Origin: Clostridia bacterium
Lineage (GTDB): Bacteria; Bacillota; Clostridia; RGIG6154
Length of the DNA: 64,000 bases
NCBI GenBank assembly: GCA_045589295.1
Contig: JAZNOU010000012.1
Location: 96,001-160,000, forward strand
Direction: 5' to 3'
The position numbers and the translations under genes are program-made. Below the pieces are notes generated by a model. The model was not told the origin of the DNA. It did not search any database and worked only from the letters and a program-made list of their open reading frames with translations. Within the stretch, counting starts at the first letter, position 1; each line of letters begins with the position of its first letter. Positions 45,580-56,074 of the stretch are shown here, piece by piece.

Positions 45580-47991
45580 TTATCTTACAACTACGTTTAC
45601 AAGCTTGTTAGGAACTGCAATTACTTTTACAATTTGCTTTCCTTCGGTAAGCTCTTTAATTTTTTCATTTTCAGTTGCAATTTTTTCCAGGTCTTCTTTC
45701 GAAGTTCCTGCAGGAACATTTATTTTATCTTTGATTTTGCCGTTAATCTGAACAACAATTTCAATTTCAGCATCAATTGTCTTTGCCTCGTCATATTTAG
45801 GCCATGGTGTTGCCGCAATTGTATTTTCAAAGCCTAAGATTTCCCACATTTCTTCTGTGATATGAGGTGCGGTTGGATTTAAGAGCTGAATAAATGTTTT
45901 AAGTTCACCCTTGGTAATAGATTTTTTCTTATAAAAATCATTAATGAGTGCCATAAGAGCAGCAATAGCAGTATTAAACTTCATTTTTTCGATATCGTCA
46001 GATACTTTTTTAATTGTTTTGTGCATACTGCTTTCTAATTCTTTTGAATATCCATTTTCATCAGTTACAAAGTCTAAAAGCCCCCAAACTCTCTCTAAGA
46101 ATTTATGGCAACCTTTAACGCCCTGTTCTGACCATGGTGTTGCCAGGTCAAACGCACCTATAAACATTTCATAGGTTCTGAAAGTATCAGCACCATAGTT
46201 TTCAACAATTTCGTCGGGGTTTACAACGTTTCCTCTTGATTTAGACATCTTTTCGCCGTTTGCACCCAAAATCATACCATGGCTTGTGCGTTTTGCGTAA
46301 GGCTCTTTTGTGTTTACTACGCCGATATCATATAAGAATTTGTGCCAGAATCTTGAATACAAAAGGTGAAGTGTGGTGTGTTCCATACCGCCGTTGTACC
46401 AGTCAACAGGCATCCAGTAATCCAAAAGCTCTTTTGCAGCAAGTGCATCATTATTATCAGGGTCGATATATCTTAAGAAATACCAAGAAGATCCTGCCCA
46501 CTGAGGCATTGTATCTGTTTCCCTTTTAGCTTTAGCACCACACTTAGGACAAACTGTTTCAACCCAGTCTGTCATTTTAGCAAGTGGTGACTGACCATCA
46601 TCGGTAGGTTCGTAGTTTTCAACTTCGGGAAGTGTTAAAGGAAGCTCGCTTTCAGGAATCGGAACGTAACCGCAGTGCTCACAGTGAACAAGCGGAATAG
46701 GTTCGCCCCAATAACGCTGTCTTGAGAACACCCAGTCGCGAAGCTTGTAGTTAACTTTTTTCTTGCCAACACCTTTTTCTGATAAAAATTCAATCATTTT
46801 GGCGATTGCATCTTTAACCTGAAGGCCGTTTAAAAAGCCTGAGTTTATCAATGTGCCTTCGCTCACATCGGTAAACGCTTCTTTTTCTAAATCACAGTCA
46901 TCGCCTGCAACAACCTGAATAATAGGAAGATTGAATTTTTTTGCAAATTCAAAGTCACGTGTGTCGTGTGCTGGAACTGCCATAATAGCGCCTGTTCCGT
47001 AAGTCATCAAAACGTAGTCTGAAATCCAGATAGGGATTTCTTTATCTGTTACGGGGTTGATTGCACGGATGCCTTTGATTTCAACGCCTGTTTTGTCTTT
47101 TGCAAGCTCAACACGTTCAAAATCTGATTTTTTGGCAGCCTCTGCCTGATAAGCCTTAACCTCGTCTAAGTTTTCAATTTTATCTTTATATTTTTCAATA
47201 ATCGGATGCTCAGGTGAGATAACCATGTATGTAGCTCCGAAAAGTGTATCTGCACGGGTTGTATAAACTGTAAGATTTTCGCCTGTAGTAAGCGCAAAAT
47301 CAATTTCAGCGCCCTCAGAACGTCCTATCCAGTTTTTTTGCTGAATTTTAACCTTTTCAATAAAGTCAAGCTCATCTAAATCGTCAATAAGTCTTTGAGC
47401 ATACTCTGTGATTTTAAGCATCCACTGGCTCTTTAACTTTTGCACAACTTCGCCGCCGCAACGTTCACAAACACCGTTAACAACTTCTTCGTTGGCAAGA
47501 CCGCATTTGCAGCTTGTACACCAGTTAACAGGCATTTCCTGTTTGTAAGCAAGACCTTTTTCAAATAATTTAAGGAAAATCCACTGTGTCCATTTAAAAT
47601 ATTTGGGGTCGGTTGTATTTACTTCTTTTGACCAGTCAAAAGAAAAACCAATACTTTTAAGCTGACGCTTGAAGTTTGCAATATTTTGGGCTGTAACATC
47701 TTTTGGATGAACTTTGTTTTTTATAGCAAAGTTTTCTGTCGGAAGTCCGAAAGCATCCCAACCCATAGGGTACAAAACATTGTATCCTTCCATACGTTTT
47801 TTTCTTGAAACTATATCAAGTGCGGTATAGCTTCTTGGGTGACCAACGTGAAGTCCGTGACCTGACGGGTAGGGGAATTCAACAAGACCGTAAAATTTAG
47901 GCTTTGAAAGGTCTGTGCCTGATTTAAAGGTCTGGTTGTCGTCCCAGTATTTTTGCCATTTTTTTTCAATTTCATTAAATTTGTAATCCAT
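45580..47991 (-). CDS. leuS: Leucine--tRNA ligase
   Basis: [24 protein letters not shown] editing domain and KMSKS motifs. Confidence 0.98.
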   Translation of the reverse strand: MDYKFNEIEKKWQKYWDDNQTFKSGTDLSKPKFYGLVEFPYPSGHGLHVGHPRSYTALDIVSRKKRMEGYNVLYPMGWDAFGLPTENFAIKNKVHPKDVTAQNIANFKRQLKSIGFSFDWSKEVNTTDPKYFKWTQWIFLKLFEKGLAYKQEMPVNWCTSCKCGLANEEVVNGVCERCGGEVVQKLKSQWMLKITEYAQRLIDDLDELDFIEKVKIQQKNWIGRSEGAEIDFALTTGENLTVYTTRADTLFGATYMVISPEHPIIEKYKDKIENLDEVKAYQAEAAKKSDFERVELAKDKTGVEIKGIRAINPVTDKEIPIWISDYVLMTYGTGAIMAVPAHDTRDFEFAKKFNLPIIQVVAGDDCDLEKEAFTDVSEGTLINSGFLNGLQVKDAIAKMIEFLSEKGVGKKKVNYKLRDWVFSRQRYWGEPIPLVHCEHCGYVPIPESELPLTLPEVENYEPTDDGQSPLAKMTDWVETVCPKCGAKAKRETDTMPQWAGSSWYFLRYIDPDNNDALAAKELLDYWMPVDWYNGGMEHTTLHLLYSRFWHKFLYDIGVVNTKEPYAKRTSHGMILGANGEKMSKSRGNVVNPDEIVENYGADTFRTYEMFIGAFDLATPWSEQGVKGCHKFLERVWGLLDFVTDENGYSKELESSMHKTIKKVSDDIEKMKFNTAIAALMALINDFYKKKSITKGELKTFIQLLNPTAPHITEEMWEILGFENTIAATPWPKYDEAKTIDAEIEIVVQINGKIKDKINVPAGTSKEDLEKIATENEKIKELTEGKQIVKVIAVPNKLVNVVVR

Positions 47992-48016
47992 TATCCTTAA
48001 GTCCTTTCGGAAAAGT

Positions 48017-48373
48017 TTAATCTATAAGCCAGTTTGATATATCAACTTCTTGAGCATCTGACCACAAACGCTCTAAACTGTAAAACATTCTGGAGTCTTT
48101 TAAAAACAGGTGGACAACAGCAAAGCCATAGTCCAAAAGAATCCATGAAGCGCTGTCGTATCCTTCAATGTGGAGAGGCTTGATGTCATCTTTTGCAAGC
48201 TCAAACTCAATTTCACCAGCGAGCGCTTTTAACTGAGTTGTGTTAGATGCGCTTGCAATAACAAAATAGTCAGACAAAACTGTAAGTTCGTCAATTTTTA
48301 AAAGCGTAATATCGCTTGCTTTTTTGCTATCTAAGGTTTTTATAATTTTTTCGACTGATGTCAAAATTTCCAT
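48017..48373 (-). CDS. rsfS: Ribosome silencing factor
   Basis: [20 protein letters not shown] and FYSLERLW motifs. Confidence 0.95.
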   Translation of the reverse strand: MEILTSVEKIIKTLDSKKASDITLLKIDELTVLSDYFVIASASNTTQLKALAGEIEFELAKDDIKPLHIEGYDSASWILLDYGFAVVHLFLKDSRMFYSLERLWSDAQEVDISNWLID

Positions 48374-48407
48374 ACATTACCTCCGTGGGTTTAATACTAT
48401 TATTTTA

Positions 48408-48974
48408 TCACATTTGACCTGATTTAGTCAACAAAAAATTCCTTGTTTTTACAGACGGATAGTGTATTTTTTTGTTTGTTTTTATAAGGTGCAAAAGCGT
48501 TGAGTTAAGACAAGCCAGAACTGCCTTGTCAAGGTCAGTTTTTGCAAGCGTCTTAATTTCATCAAGACCTGAAAAATCCCTTGATGGTTCTATCATATCA
48601 GACAAAAAAACTATTTTTTCAAGTTTTGTCATATTCTCTCTTCCTGTTGTGTGATATCTGCAGGCGTTATAAACCTCAACAGGAACGCAAAAAAGATTTT
48701 TTGCAAGCTCAGCCCCTGCAATTGCATGCATCATAGCTTTTGAACACCTGATGCTTTCATCAAGGTCGAGCTCTTTGGTGATTTCATTCATCTGCTGTAA
48801 AGTAAGCTCTTTTGCAATATCGTGAAGATACCCTGACATTTCCGCATAAAGCTCATTTTCACCGTAAAAGCACGCAAGGTCCTTTGCAGTTTTTGCAACA
48901 CCTGTTATATGAATAAATCTTTTCTCTGAGAGATTATTTTTTACATATTCTATAATTTCAGTTAAATCGGTCAA
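48408..48974 (-). CDS. yqeK: HD-domain Ap4A hydrolase YqeK
   Basis: KRFIH, LHDIAK, YHTTG and SDMIEPSR motifs; nadD-yqeK-rsfS synteny; TTG start. Confidence 0.9.
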   Translation of the reverse strand: MTDLTEIIEYVKNNLSEKRFIHITGVAKTAKDLACFYGENELYAEMSGYLHDIAKELTLQQMNEITKELDLDESIRCSKAMMHAIAGAELAKNLFCVPVEVYNACRYHTTGRENMTKLEKIVFLSDMIEPSRDFSGLDEIKTLAKTDLDKAVLACLNSTLLHLIKTNKKIHYPSVKTRNFLLTKSGQM

Positions 48975-48975
48975 T

Positions 48976-49572
48976 TTATTCGCTCCTTAAATATAAACCA
49001 TGGGTTTTGATATAATCTGCGACTTCTTTTGGTACAAGGCCTGATATGTCTCCATTCTGCTGGACAATACTGCGCACCAAAGTTGAAGAAATATCGGGAG
49101 TTTTAACATCTACCACAAAAGCGCTTGCAAGAGATAAAATTTCTTCAAAAAGCTGTTTGTTTTTGTTGTCTTTAAAAAAACCGTTTCTGTCAATTGCAAT
49201 GAACTTGAATTTTTGTATCAAATCGTCACTTCTGTACCATTTTTTTAAAGATAAAAACATATCAGCTCCTGTAATAAAGTAAAACTCATCATCGGGGTTT
49301 TGCTTAGATAAACAAGTTAATGTGTCATAAGTGTAATTTGTTTGTTTATTTAGTTCAATGTCCGATGTAAAAGTTTTGATGTTATCACATACAAGCGACA
49401 CCATATTAAATCGGTGAATAGCACTTGTTTTTATTTCTGATTTGTGGGGTGGGTTTCCGGCCACTACAAACATAATTTTATCGACAATTTGGCTTTGTAA
49501 AATTGCCTCTGCCATTTTTATGTGTCCGTTGTGGATAGGATTAAATGTTCCCCCAAAAACACCTGTTCTCAT
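48976..49572 (-). CDS. nadD: Nicotinate-nucleotide adenylyltransferase
   Basis: FGGTFNPIHNGH, PPHK, GAD and ISSTLVR motifs. Confidence 0.95.
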   Translation of the reverse strand: MRTGVFGGTFNPIHNGHIKMAEAILQSQIVDKIMFVVAGNPPHKSEIKTSAIHRFNMVSLVCDNIKTFTSDIELNKQTNYTYDTLTCLSKQNPDDEFYFITGADMFLSLKKWYRSDDLIQKFKFIAIDRNGFFKDNKNKQLFEEILSLASAFVVDVKTPDISSTLVRSIVQQNGDISGLVPKEVADYIKTHGLYLRSE

Positions 49573-49581
49573 AATTTCACC

Positions 49582-50850
49582 TTAGTAAATAAACTCAAAT
49601 TCAAGGTCATACATACGAACCAAGTCGCCTTCTTTGATACCCCTTGCTTCAAGAGCTTTTATAACACCATTTTTACGCAGGGAGTTTTGGAAATAACTTA
49701 AGGATTCGTAGTCTTCCAAGTTACAAGAACCAAGAAGTTTCTTGATATAGTCGCCCTCAACCACATAAACACCATTGTCATTTACAACAGTAAACGGAGT
49801 TTCTTTTTCAAATGTATAAACCTTTGTTTCAGGTTGTTCAATTTCAATTTCAGGGACAGGAATGTCTTTTAGCATACTTCCTGCATACATTATAAGTTCT
49901 CTGACACCTGATTTAGTTGCGGCTGAAATTTCAAAAACTTTAAAGCCCCTGTTTTCAATTTCAGCTTTAAAATCGTCATACATTTTCTGGTCGGTTAAAA
50001 TATCTGTTTTATTCGCGGCAACAATTTGCATACGATTTTCTAAGTCCGCATTATAGCTTTTTAGTTCGTTGTTAATGGTATCAAAATCTTCTATGGGATT
50101 TCTGCCCTCAATTCCTGAAACGTCAACAACGTGAATTAAGAGTCTTGTTCTTTCAACGTGACGCAAAAATTCGTGACCTAAGCCCAATCCTTCGCTTGCA
50201 CCTTCGATAAGTCCCGGAATATCTGCAACTACAAAGCTTTCGCCTTCGCCTGCTTTTACAACGCCGAGGTTTGGAACGAGTGTTGTAAAGTGATAGTTTG
50301 CAATTTTAGGTTTAGCATCGCTTACAACAGATAAAAGTGTTGACTTTCCTACATTTGGAAATCCTACAAGGCCAACATCAGCTAAAAGCTTAAGTTCAAG
50401 TTCCAACTCTTTTTCTTCACCGGCAAGACCCAGTTTTGCAAATTTGGGTGCTTGTCTTGTTGCGGTTGCAAAATGACAGTTACCCCAACCACCGTTTCCG
50501 CCTTTTGCGGCAATAAACTCACTTTCTTTGGAGTTAAGGTCTGCAATAACCTTGCCGTTTTCTTTTATAACTGTTCCCACAGGAACTTTTATATATAAAT
50601 TTTCGCCGCTTTTACCATTACAACGGGCAGCACCACCGTCAGCACCATTTGCGGCGGCATATTTTTTCTTATATTTAAAATCAAGCAGGGTGGATAAATT
50701 ATTATCGGTAACAAAAATTACGCTGCCGCCTTTTCCACCGTCACCACCATCGGGACCGCCTGCTGCAACATATTTTTCACGGTGAAATGACATACTGCCG
50801 TGACCACCGTTTCCTGCTTTTACATATATTTTCGCTTTATCTGTAAACAT
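49582..50850 (-). CDS. obgE: GTPase ObgE
   Basis: GGPDGGDGG, GFPNVGKST, YHFTT, DIPGLIEGA and NKTD motifs. Confidence 0.97.
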   Translation of the reverse strand: MFTDKAKIYVKAGNGGHGSMSFHREKYVAAGGPDGGDGGKGGSVIFVTDNNLSTLLDFKYKKKYAAANGADGGAARCNGKSGENLYIKVPVGTVIKENGKVIADLNSKESEFIAAKGGNGGWGNCHFATATRQAPKFAKLGLAGEEKELELELKLLADVGLVGFPNVGKSTLLSVVSDAKPKIANYHFTTLVPNLGVVKAGEGESFVVADIPGLIEGASEGLGLGHEFLRHVERTRLLIHVVDVSGIEGRNPIEDFDTINNELKSYNADLENRMQIVAANKTDILTDQKMYDDFKAEIENRGFKVFEISAATKSGVRELIMYAGSMLKDIPVPEIEIEQPETKVYTFEKETPFTVVNDNGVYVVEGDYIKKLLGSCNLEDYESLSYFQNSLRKNGVIKALEARGIKEGDLVRMYDLEFEFIY

Positions 50851-50877
50851 AGTATCATACCTTTCTCAAGGATGTTA

Positions 50878-50910
50878 AAAAAACAAGCGCCGATATTATT
50901 ATCGGCGCTG
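50878..50910 (-). terminator. Terminator after rpmA
   Basis: AGCGCCGATA/TATCGGCGCT hairpin with T run on the minus strand. Confidence 0.8.
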
Positions 50911-50920
50911 ATTTCGTGTA

Positions 50921-51178
50921 TTATTCTGCTGCGTAAACACTTACTTGTTTTCTTGTTTTGTCTTTTCTTTCGAATTTAACGTGTCCGTCAACAAGTGCAA
51001 AAAGTGTATCATCTCCGCCTTTTTTAACATTAAGACCGGGATGGATTTTTGTTCCTCTCTGTCTAACAAGAATGTTTCCTGCTAAAACAAACTGACCGTC
51101 AGCTCTTTTAACACCAAGTCGCTTGGATTCGGAATCTCTGCCGTTTTTGGTACTTCCGACACCTTTCTTATGAGCCAT
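50921..51178 (-). CDS. rpmA: 50S ribosomal protein L27
   Basis: [16 protein letters not shown]...[10 protein letters not shown]; GGAGGTG RBS directly before this ATG. Confidence 0.97.
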   Translation of the reverse strand: MAHKKGVGSTKNGRDSESKRLGVKRADGQFVLAGNILVRQRGTKIHPGLNVKKGGDDTLFALVDGHVKFERKDKTRKQVSVYAAE

Positions 51179-51216
51179 TTATTGCACCTCCATTTTACAT
51201 GCAAATTTTTAACTTA

Positions 51217-51522
51217 TTATAAGTTGATTTTTTCGATTTTAACCTTTGTATAAGGCTGTCTGTGTCCCTGCTTTTTGTGGTAGCCTTTCTTTGGCTTGTA
51301 CTTGTAAACGATAATTTTCTTATCTTTACCGTGAGCAACAACTGTTGCATCAACAGAAGCGTTTGCAGGATTAACACTGAAGTTTCCGTCTGCATCAGAT
51401 ACTGCTAAAACTTCTTCAAATTTAACAGCTTCTCCGATCGCAACATCTTTCTTTTCGATGAAAAGTGTATCGCCTTCAGAAACCTTATACTGCTTGCCGC
51501 CTGTAACGATAATAGCGTACAT
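51217..51522 (-). CDS. rplU: 50S ribosomal protein L21
   Basis: [14 protein letters not shown]...GHRQPYT. Confidence 0.97.
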   Translation of the reverse strand: MYAIIVTGGKQYKVSEGDTLFIEKKDVAIGEAVKFEEVLAVSDADGNFSVNPANASVDATVVAHGKDKKIIVYKYKPKKGYHKKQGHRQPYTKVKIEKINL

Positions 51523-51544
51523 AACGGTTCACCTCCTAAAACAT

Positions 51545-51606
51545 TAGACTCGCTGACACAAAGGTAGCCATAAAGCATTTTAAAACCTTTATCACGCGGT
51601 TGCCGT
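51545..51606 (-). ncRNA. Ribosomal protein L21 leader
   Basis: Minus strand ACCGCGTGATAAAGGT...ACCTTTGTGTCAGCGAGTC hairpin between promoter (TTGACA 51638-51633, TATTAT 51615-51610) and the rplU RBS. Confidence 0.65.
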
Positions 51607-51807
51607 AATATAATATCACTTTTTGGTATGTTTGTCAATAGTTTTTTTATAAATTTTGGTGAAAGCTACATATATAATATATTAATGCATATTTTGAAAA
51701 TTTTGGTGCGATTTTTGTTATTTTTTTTTGAAAAAAGGAAATGTGAAGAAAATGTAGAATATATTTTAAGGCACAAAAATAGTTTATTTGTTTTCGGAGG
51801 TACGCTG

Positions 51808-53562
51808 TTGGCAATTCCAAGTCAGATTATTCAGGAGATTACTGATAAATGTGACATAGTTGACTTTATTTCAAAGTATGTTCGCCTGAAAAGAAGTTCG
51901 GGCGAATATGTGGGGTTATGCCCGTTTCACGGGGAAAAGACCCCTTCTTTTCATGTTTCGGCAGATAAACAGCTTTATCACTGCTTTGGTTGCGGTGAGG
52001 GCGGAACCATTATAAACTTTGTTATGAAGATGGAGAACTTAAGCTTTGTAGAAGCAGTTAAGTTTTTGGGAGAAAGAGTTGGGGTTGCTATCCCTGAGAC
52101 CACCGATTTTGATGATAAAGCAGCAAAAAGAAAGCAAAGGCTTTATGAAATAAATAAGGAAGCGGGAAGATTTTTTTACTCGCAACTGGGAACAGATGAG
52201 GGTAAAATTGCAAGGGAATATTTTAATGGTCGCGGACTTTCAAAAGAAACTATTGTAAAATTCGGGCTTGGCTTTGCGCCTGACAGCTGGGACAAGCTTT
52301 TTAAACACCTAAAGGCAAAAGGCTTTACCGAGTACGAGGCACTGGATGCAGGGCTTATTGTAAAAAGTCAGAAAGGTTCGGTTTACGACAGATTCAGAAA
52401 CAGAGTAATGTTTCCTATTTTTGATATAAGGGGAAATTTAATTGCATTCGGCGGACGTGTTTTAGATGATTCAAAACCCAAGTATTTAAACACAAATGAC
52501 ACGCCGGTTTTTGACAAGAGTTCAAATCTATTTGCACTTAATCTTGCAAAAAAATCTAACAATAAAACATTTGTAGTGGTAGAGGGGTATATGGACGTTA
52601 TAACCCTCCATCAGTATGGAATAGACACTGCGGTAGCATCGCTTGGAACATCACTAACTGACGGACATGCAAACCTTTTAAAAAGGTATGCTGAAGCTGT
52701 TGTACTTTGTTACGATTCAGACGAGGCGGGCGTTAAAGCAGCAAACAGGGGAATGGAAATTTTGTCAAGGCACGACATAAAAACCAAGATAATTACGTTG
52801 CCCGGCTCTAAAGATCCTGACGAATTTTGCCGTAAAAACGGTGCAGATGCGTTTTTAATGGCAATAAGCGGTGCGAAAAACCCCATTTTGTATAAAATAG
52901 GTAATTTAAAGGCAAAATATGACTTAAATGAACCCGACCAAAAAGTTGAATTTATAAAAGAAGCGGCTTTGGAGCTTGTAAAGTTAAACTCGCAGGTGGA
53001 GCAGGAAATTTATGCAAAAGAAATTTCTGTTTCCTGTGATGTTTCATTTGAATCTGTAATGGCTCAGCTAAAACAAAAACGAAAAAGCTTTGTTAAAAAA
53101 GAAACTAAGAAAGAATTAGAAGCAACAATCCGCGATTTAAGTCAGAAAACCATTGTTAAAGACGGAAAGAATATACTTTTGACAGAAACAGAAGAAAAAA
53201 TTATAAATCTTATGTTTTACAGTCATCAGGCATTTGAATTTTTGTCGGCAAAGTATAAGGAAACTGATTTTTCCGACGAGCTGTTGGGAATGATGTTCAA
53301 AAAAATCACCGAGCTTAAAATTGATAAATCAGATATTTCTGAAAGCGAATTTATTTCGCATTTTGAGATGGAAAATGCAAGCAGGATTGCAAAAATATTA
53401 AACATAAAAAACTCTTATCCGGACCCGCGTATTGCGGCAACGCAAATATCTCAGAGTTTGGATAAATTAAAAAAAGACATACAAATCAAGGACTTGGCAA
53501 AGTCGCATGATATGGAAAAAGTGAAACAAATGATTTCGGAAAGAAATCGCAAGGAGGATTAG
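51808..53562 (+). CDS. dnaG: DNA primase
   Basis: [15 protein letters not shown] Zn finger, DRFRNR, KYLN, EGYMD and YDSDEAG motifs; TTG start after GGAGG. Confidence 0.96.
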   Translation: MAIPSQIIQEITDKCDIVDFISKYVRLKRSSGEYVGLCPFHGEKTPSFHVSADKQLYHCFGCGEGGTIINFVMKMENLSFVEAVKFLGERVGVAIPETTDFDDKAAKRKQRLYEINKEAGRFFYSQLGTDEGKIAREYFNGRGLSKETIVKFGLGFAPDSWDKLFKHLKAKGFTEYEALDAGLIVKSQKGSVYDRFRNRVMFPIFDIRGNLIAFGGRVLDDSKPKYLNTNDTPVFDKSSNLFALNLAKKSNNKTFVVVEGYMDVITLHQYGIDTAVASLGTSLTDGHANLLKRYAEAVVLCYDSDEAGVKAANRGMEILSRHDIKTKIITLPGSKDPDEFCRKNGADAFLMAISGAKNPILYKIGNLKAKYDLNEPDQKVEFIKEAALELVKLNSQVEQEIYAKEISVSCDVSFESVMAQLKQKRKSFVKKETKKELEATIRDLSQKTIVKDGKNILLTETEEKIINLMFYSHQAFEFLSAKYKETDFSDELLGMMFKKITELKIDKSDISESEFISHFEMENASRIAKILNIKNSYPDPRIAATQISQSLDKLKKDIQIKDLAKSHDMEKVKQMISERNRKED

Positions 53563-53567
53563 CCGAT

Positions 53568-54653
53568 ATGGCAGAGGACAAAAAAAATGTTATTAAAGCT
53601 CTTCTGGAAAAAGGAAAGAAACAGGGCAAAATTTCTTACCAGGAGATAGCAGACACATTGGAAGAGGTAGAGTTAGACCCTGAAAAAATTGAAAAGGTTT
53701 ATGAAACTCTAGAGCAAATGGGAGTTGAAGTTATAGGCACAGATTTGGAAATTGAAAAAGATGACGACATCCCATTTGACGAGATTGAAGAGGTAGAGAT
53801 TGACCTTACAATTCCAGAGGGTGTAAGCGTTGAAGACCATGTAAGAATGTACTTAAAGGAAATTGGCAAGGTGCCGCTTTTGACAACCGAAGAAGAGATA
53901 GAGCTTTCAGAAAGAATGTTAAAAGGCGATGAAAGTGCAAAACAACGTCTGGCAGAAGCGAATTTACGACTTGTTGTAAGTATTGCAAAAAGATATGTTG
54001 GTCGCGGAATGTTATTTTTGGATCTTATTCAGGAAGGCAACCTTGGTCTTATCAAAGCAGTTGAAAAATTCGACTACACAAAAGGATTTAAGTTTTCTAC
54101 TTATGCAACCTGGTGGATAAGACAGGCTATCACCCGTGCTATTGCTGATCAGGCAAGAACAATCAGAATTCCTGTTCATATGGTTGAAACTATCAACAAG
54201 CTTATGAGAATTCAGCGTCAGCTTATCCAGGAATTCGGTAGGGAGCCTCAGGTTGAGGAAATTGCAAAAGAAATGAATATGTCGGTGGACAAAGTGCGTG
54301 AAATTATGAAGGTTGCACAAGAGCCTGTTTCTTTGGAAACCCCGATTGGCGAAGAAGAAGACAGCCACTTAGGAGACTTTATCGAAGACGTTGATGCTCC
54401 GCCTCCGGCAGATGCGGCATCTTTCATTCTTTTGAAAGAACAGCTTGCCAACGTATTAGGAACACTTACACCAAGAGAAGAAAAAGTGTTAAGATTAAGA
54501 TACGGTCTTGATGACGGAAGATCAAGAACTTTAGAAGAAGTAGGCAAAGAGTTTGATGTAACAAGAGAAAGAATTAGACAGATTGAAGCAAAGGCATTAA
54601 GAAAATTACGTCATCCGTCAAGAAGTAAAAAGTTGAAAGACTATTTAGATTAA
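53568..54653 (+). CDS. rpoD: Primary sigma factor SigA/RpoD
   Basis: [39 protein letters not shown] and TRERIRQIE motifs. Confidence 0.98.
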   Translation: MAEDKKNVIKALLEKGKKQGKISYQEIADTLEEVELDPEKIEKVYETLEQMGVEVIGTDLEIEKDDDIPFDEIEEVEIDLTIPEGVSVEDHVRMYLKEIGKVPLLTTEEEIELSERMLKGDESAKQRLAEANLRLVVSIAKRYVGRGMLFLDLIQEGNLGLIKAVEKFDYTKGFKFSTYATWWIRQAITRAIADQARTIRIPVHMVETINKLMRIQRQLIQEFGREPQVEEIAKEMNMSVDKVREIMKVAQEPVSLETPIGEEEDSHLGDFIEDVDAPPPADAASFILLKEQLANVLGTLTPREEKVLRLRYGLDDGRSRTLEEVGKEFDVTRERIRQIEAKALRKLRHPSRSKKLKDYLD

Positions 54654-54667
54654 AGAAGGACATAAAA

Positions 54668-55915
54668 ATGGACAAATTTGAGAATATTGGATTTATTCCT
54701 TGTGATATCTTACTTCCAAAAACAGAGGATTTTTCAAAGTGGAGCGTTGTTGCGTGTGACCAGTATACATCACAGCCTGATTATTGGGATAAGGTTAAAG
54801 AGTATGTCGGCAGTGAAAAAAGCACACTGGGTATGATTTATCCTGAAATTTACTTAAATGAAAATGATGGAGATAAACGAATTGAAAATATAAATAAAAC
54901 AATGAAGAGTTATTTAGACGGCGAAGATTTTAATTGCCTTTCAAACTCGTTTGTATATGTACAAAGAACTGTTGCGGGCGGGAAAGTACGTCATGGTTTA
55001 GTTGGTGCAATTGATCTTGAAAAGTATGACTATGAAAAGGACTCAAAGGCACATGTGAGAGCAACGGAAGGCACAGTTAAAGAAAGAATTCCTCCCAGAG
55101 TAAAAATAAGAAAAAATGCTCCCTTGGAGCTTCCGCATATTATGCTTTTGATTGATGACCCTGATGATTTGGTTTTTGGCGCAGTAGAAAAGGCAGAAAA
55201 GACAGCGGTTTATGATTTTGACCTCATGATGAACTCAGGCAATATAAAGGGATATAAGGTTGCTCCAAGTGATGAGATTGCAGATGCGTTTTTAACACTT
55301 AAAAATGTGCAGGATAAAGAAAACACACTTTTGTTTGCTGTAGGTGATGGCAATCATTCTCTTGCAACCGCAAAAGAGTGCTGGAATTTAATTAAAGCAA
55401 ATCTTTCGGAAAATGATGCAAGAAACCATCCTGCAAGATATGCGCTGGTTGAGGTTGTAAACATTCACGACAGCTCTTTAGAGTTTGAACCTATTCACAG
55501 AATAGTGTTTAATGCAGATTACAAAATCATGGAAAAAGAATTGTTTGAATTTTATCCTACAGCTACTTATGAAAAATCGGACAGTCAGAATTTTGATGTA
55601 GTGGTAGATGGCGTAAGTAAAACAATATACATAAAAGAGCCTGAATTTGAACTTGCAGTTGGCAGTTTGCAGAACTTCCTGGATGCCTTTGTTAAAAAGC
55701 ATCCTGAGGCGGAGATTGATTACATTCACGGCGATGATGTTACAAAAGACCTTTCAAAAAAGGAAAATTCGGTTGGATTTATCCTTTCTTCGATGAAAAA
55801 AGGTGATTTGTTCAAGAGTGTAAGAAGTGATGGTGCACTTCCAAGAAAAACATTCTCAATGGGAGAAGCATTTGAAAAGAGATTTTATTTAGAGTGCAGA
55901 AAAATTTCAAAATAG
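54668..55915 (+). CDS. DUF1015-family protein
   Basis: WSVVACDQYTS, RATEGT, FAVGDGNHSLATAK and LPRKTFSMG motifs. Confidence 0.8.
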   Translation: MDKFENIGFIPCDILLPKTEDFSKWSVVACDQYTSQPDYWDKVKEYVGSEKSTLGMIYPEIYLNENDGDKRIENINKTMKSYLDGEDFNCLSNSFVYVQRTVAGGKVRHGLVGAIDLEKYDYEKDSKAHVRATEGTVKERIPPRVKIRKNAPLELPHIMLLIDDPDDLVFGAVEKAEKTAVYDFDLMMNSGNIKGYKVAPSDEIADAFLTLKNVQDKENTLLFAVGDGNHSLATAKECWNLIKANLSENDARNHPARYALVEVVNIHDSSLEFEPIHRIVFNADYKIMEKELFEFYPTATYEKSDSQNFDVVVDGVSKTIYIKEPEFELAVGSLQNFLDAFVKKHPEAEIDYIHGDDVTKDLSKKENSVGFILSSMKKGDLFKSVRSDGALPRKTFSMGEAFEKRFYLECRKISK

Positions 55916-56052
55916 GGGAATGTAAAAAGCTCAGAACATAAAAAGGCTTATATTATTACGATAAGCCTTTTTATTACGAAAAACTATAACATTCAGCGTA
56001 TCTAACGCTCTTGCTCAGTTTTTAAGTTCTGAATATTTTTTCCTATTCCCTT
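55911..56052. other. Nested inverted-repeat intergenic element (terminator plus outer stem)
   Basis: Inner AAAAAGGCTTAT/ATAAGCCTTTTT; outer TCAGAACATAAAAA versus TTTTTAAGTTCTGA; AATAGG/CCTATT ends. Confidence 0.5.
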
Positions 56053-56074
56053 GTAGCATTTATATGAGGAAAAT

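Noticed and set aside
47992-48016. T-box leader expected upstream of leuS
   Set aside because: Only 25 bp separate rsfS and leuS; there is no room for one and no T-box motif.
51628-51807. 60-codon N-terminal extension of DnaG
   Set aside because: AT-rich divergent promoter region; GGAGG RBS precedes TTG 51808, where primase homology starts.
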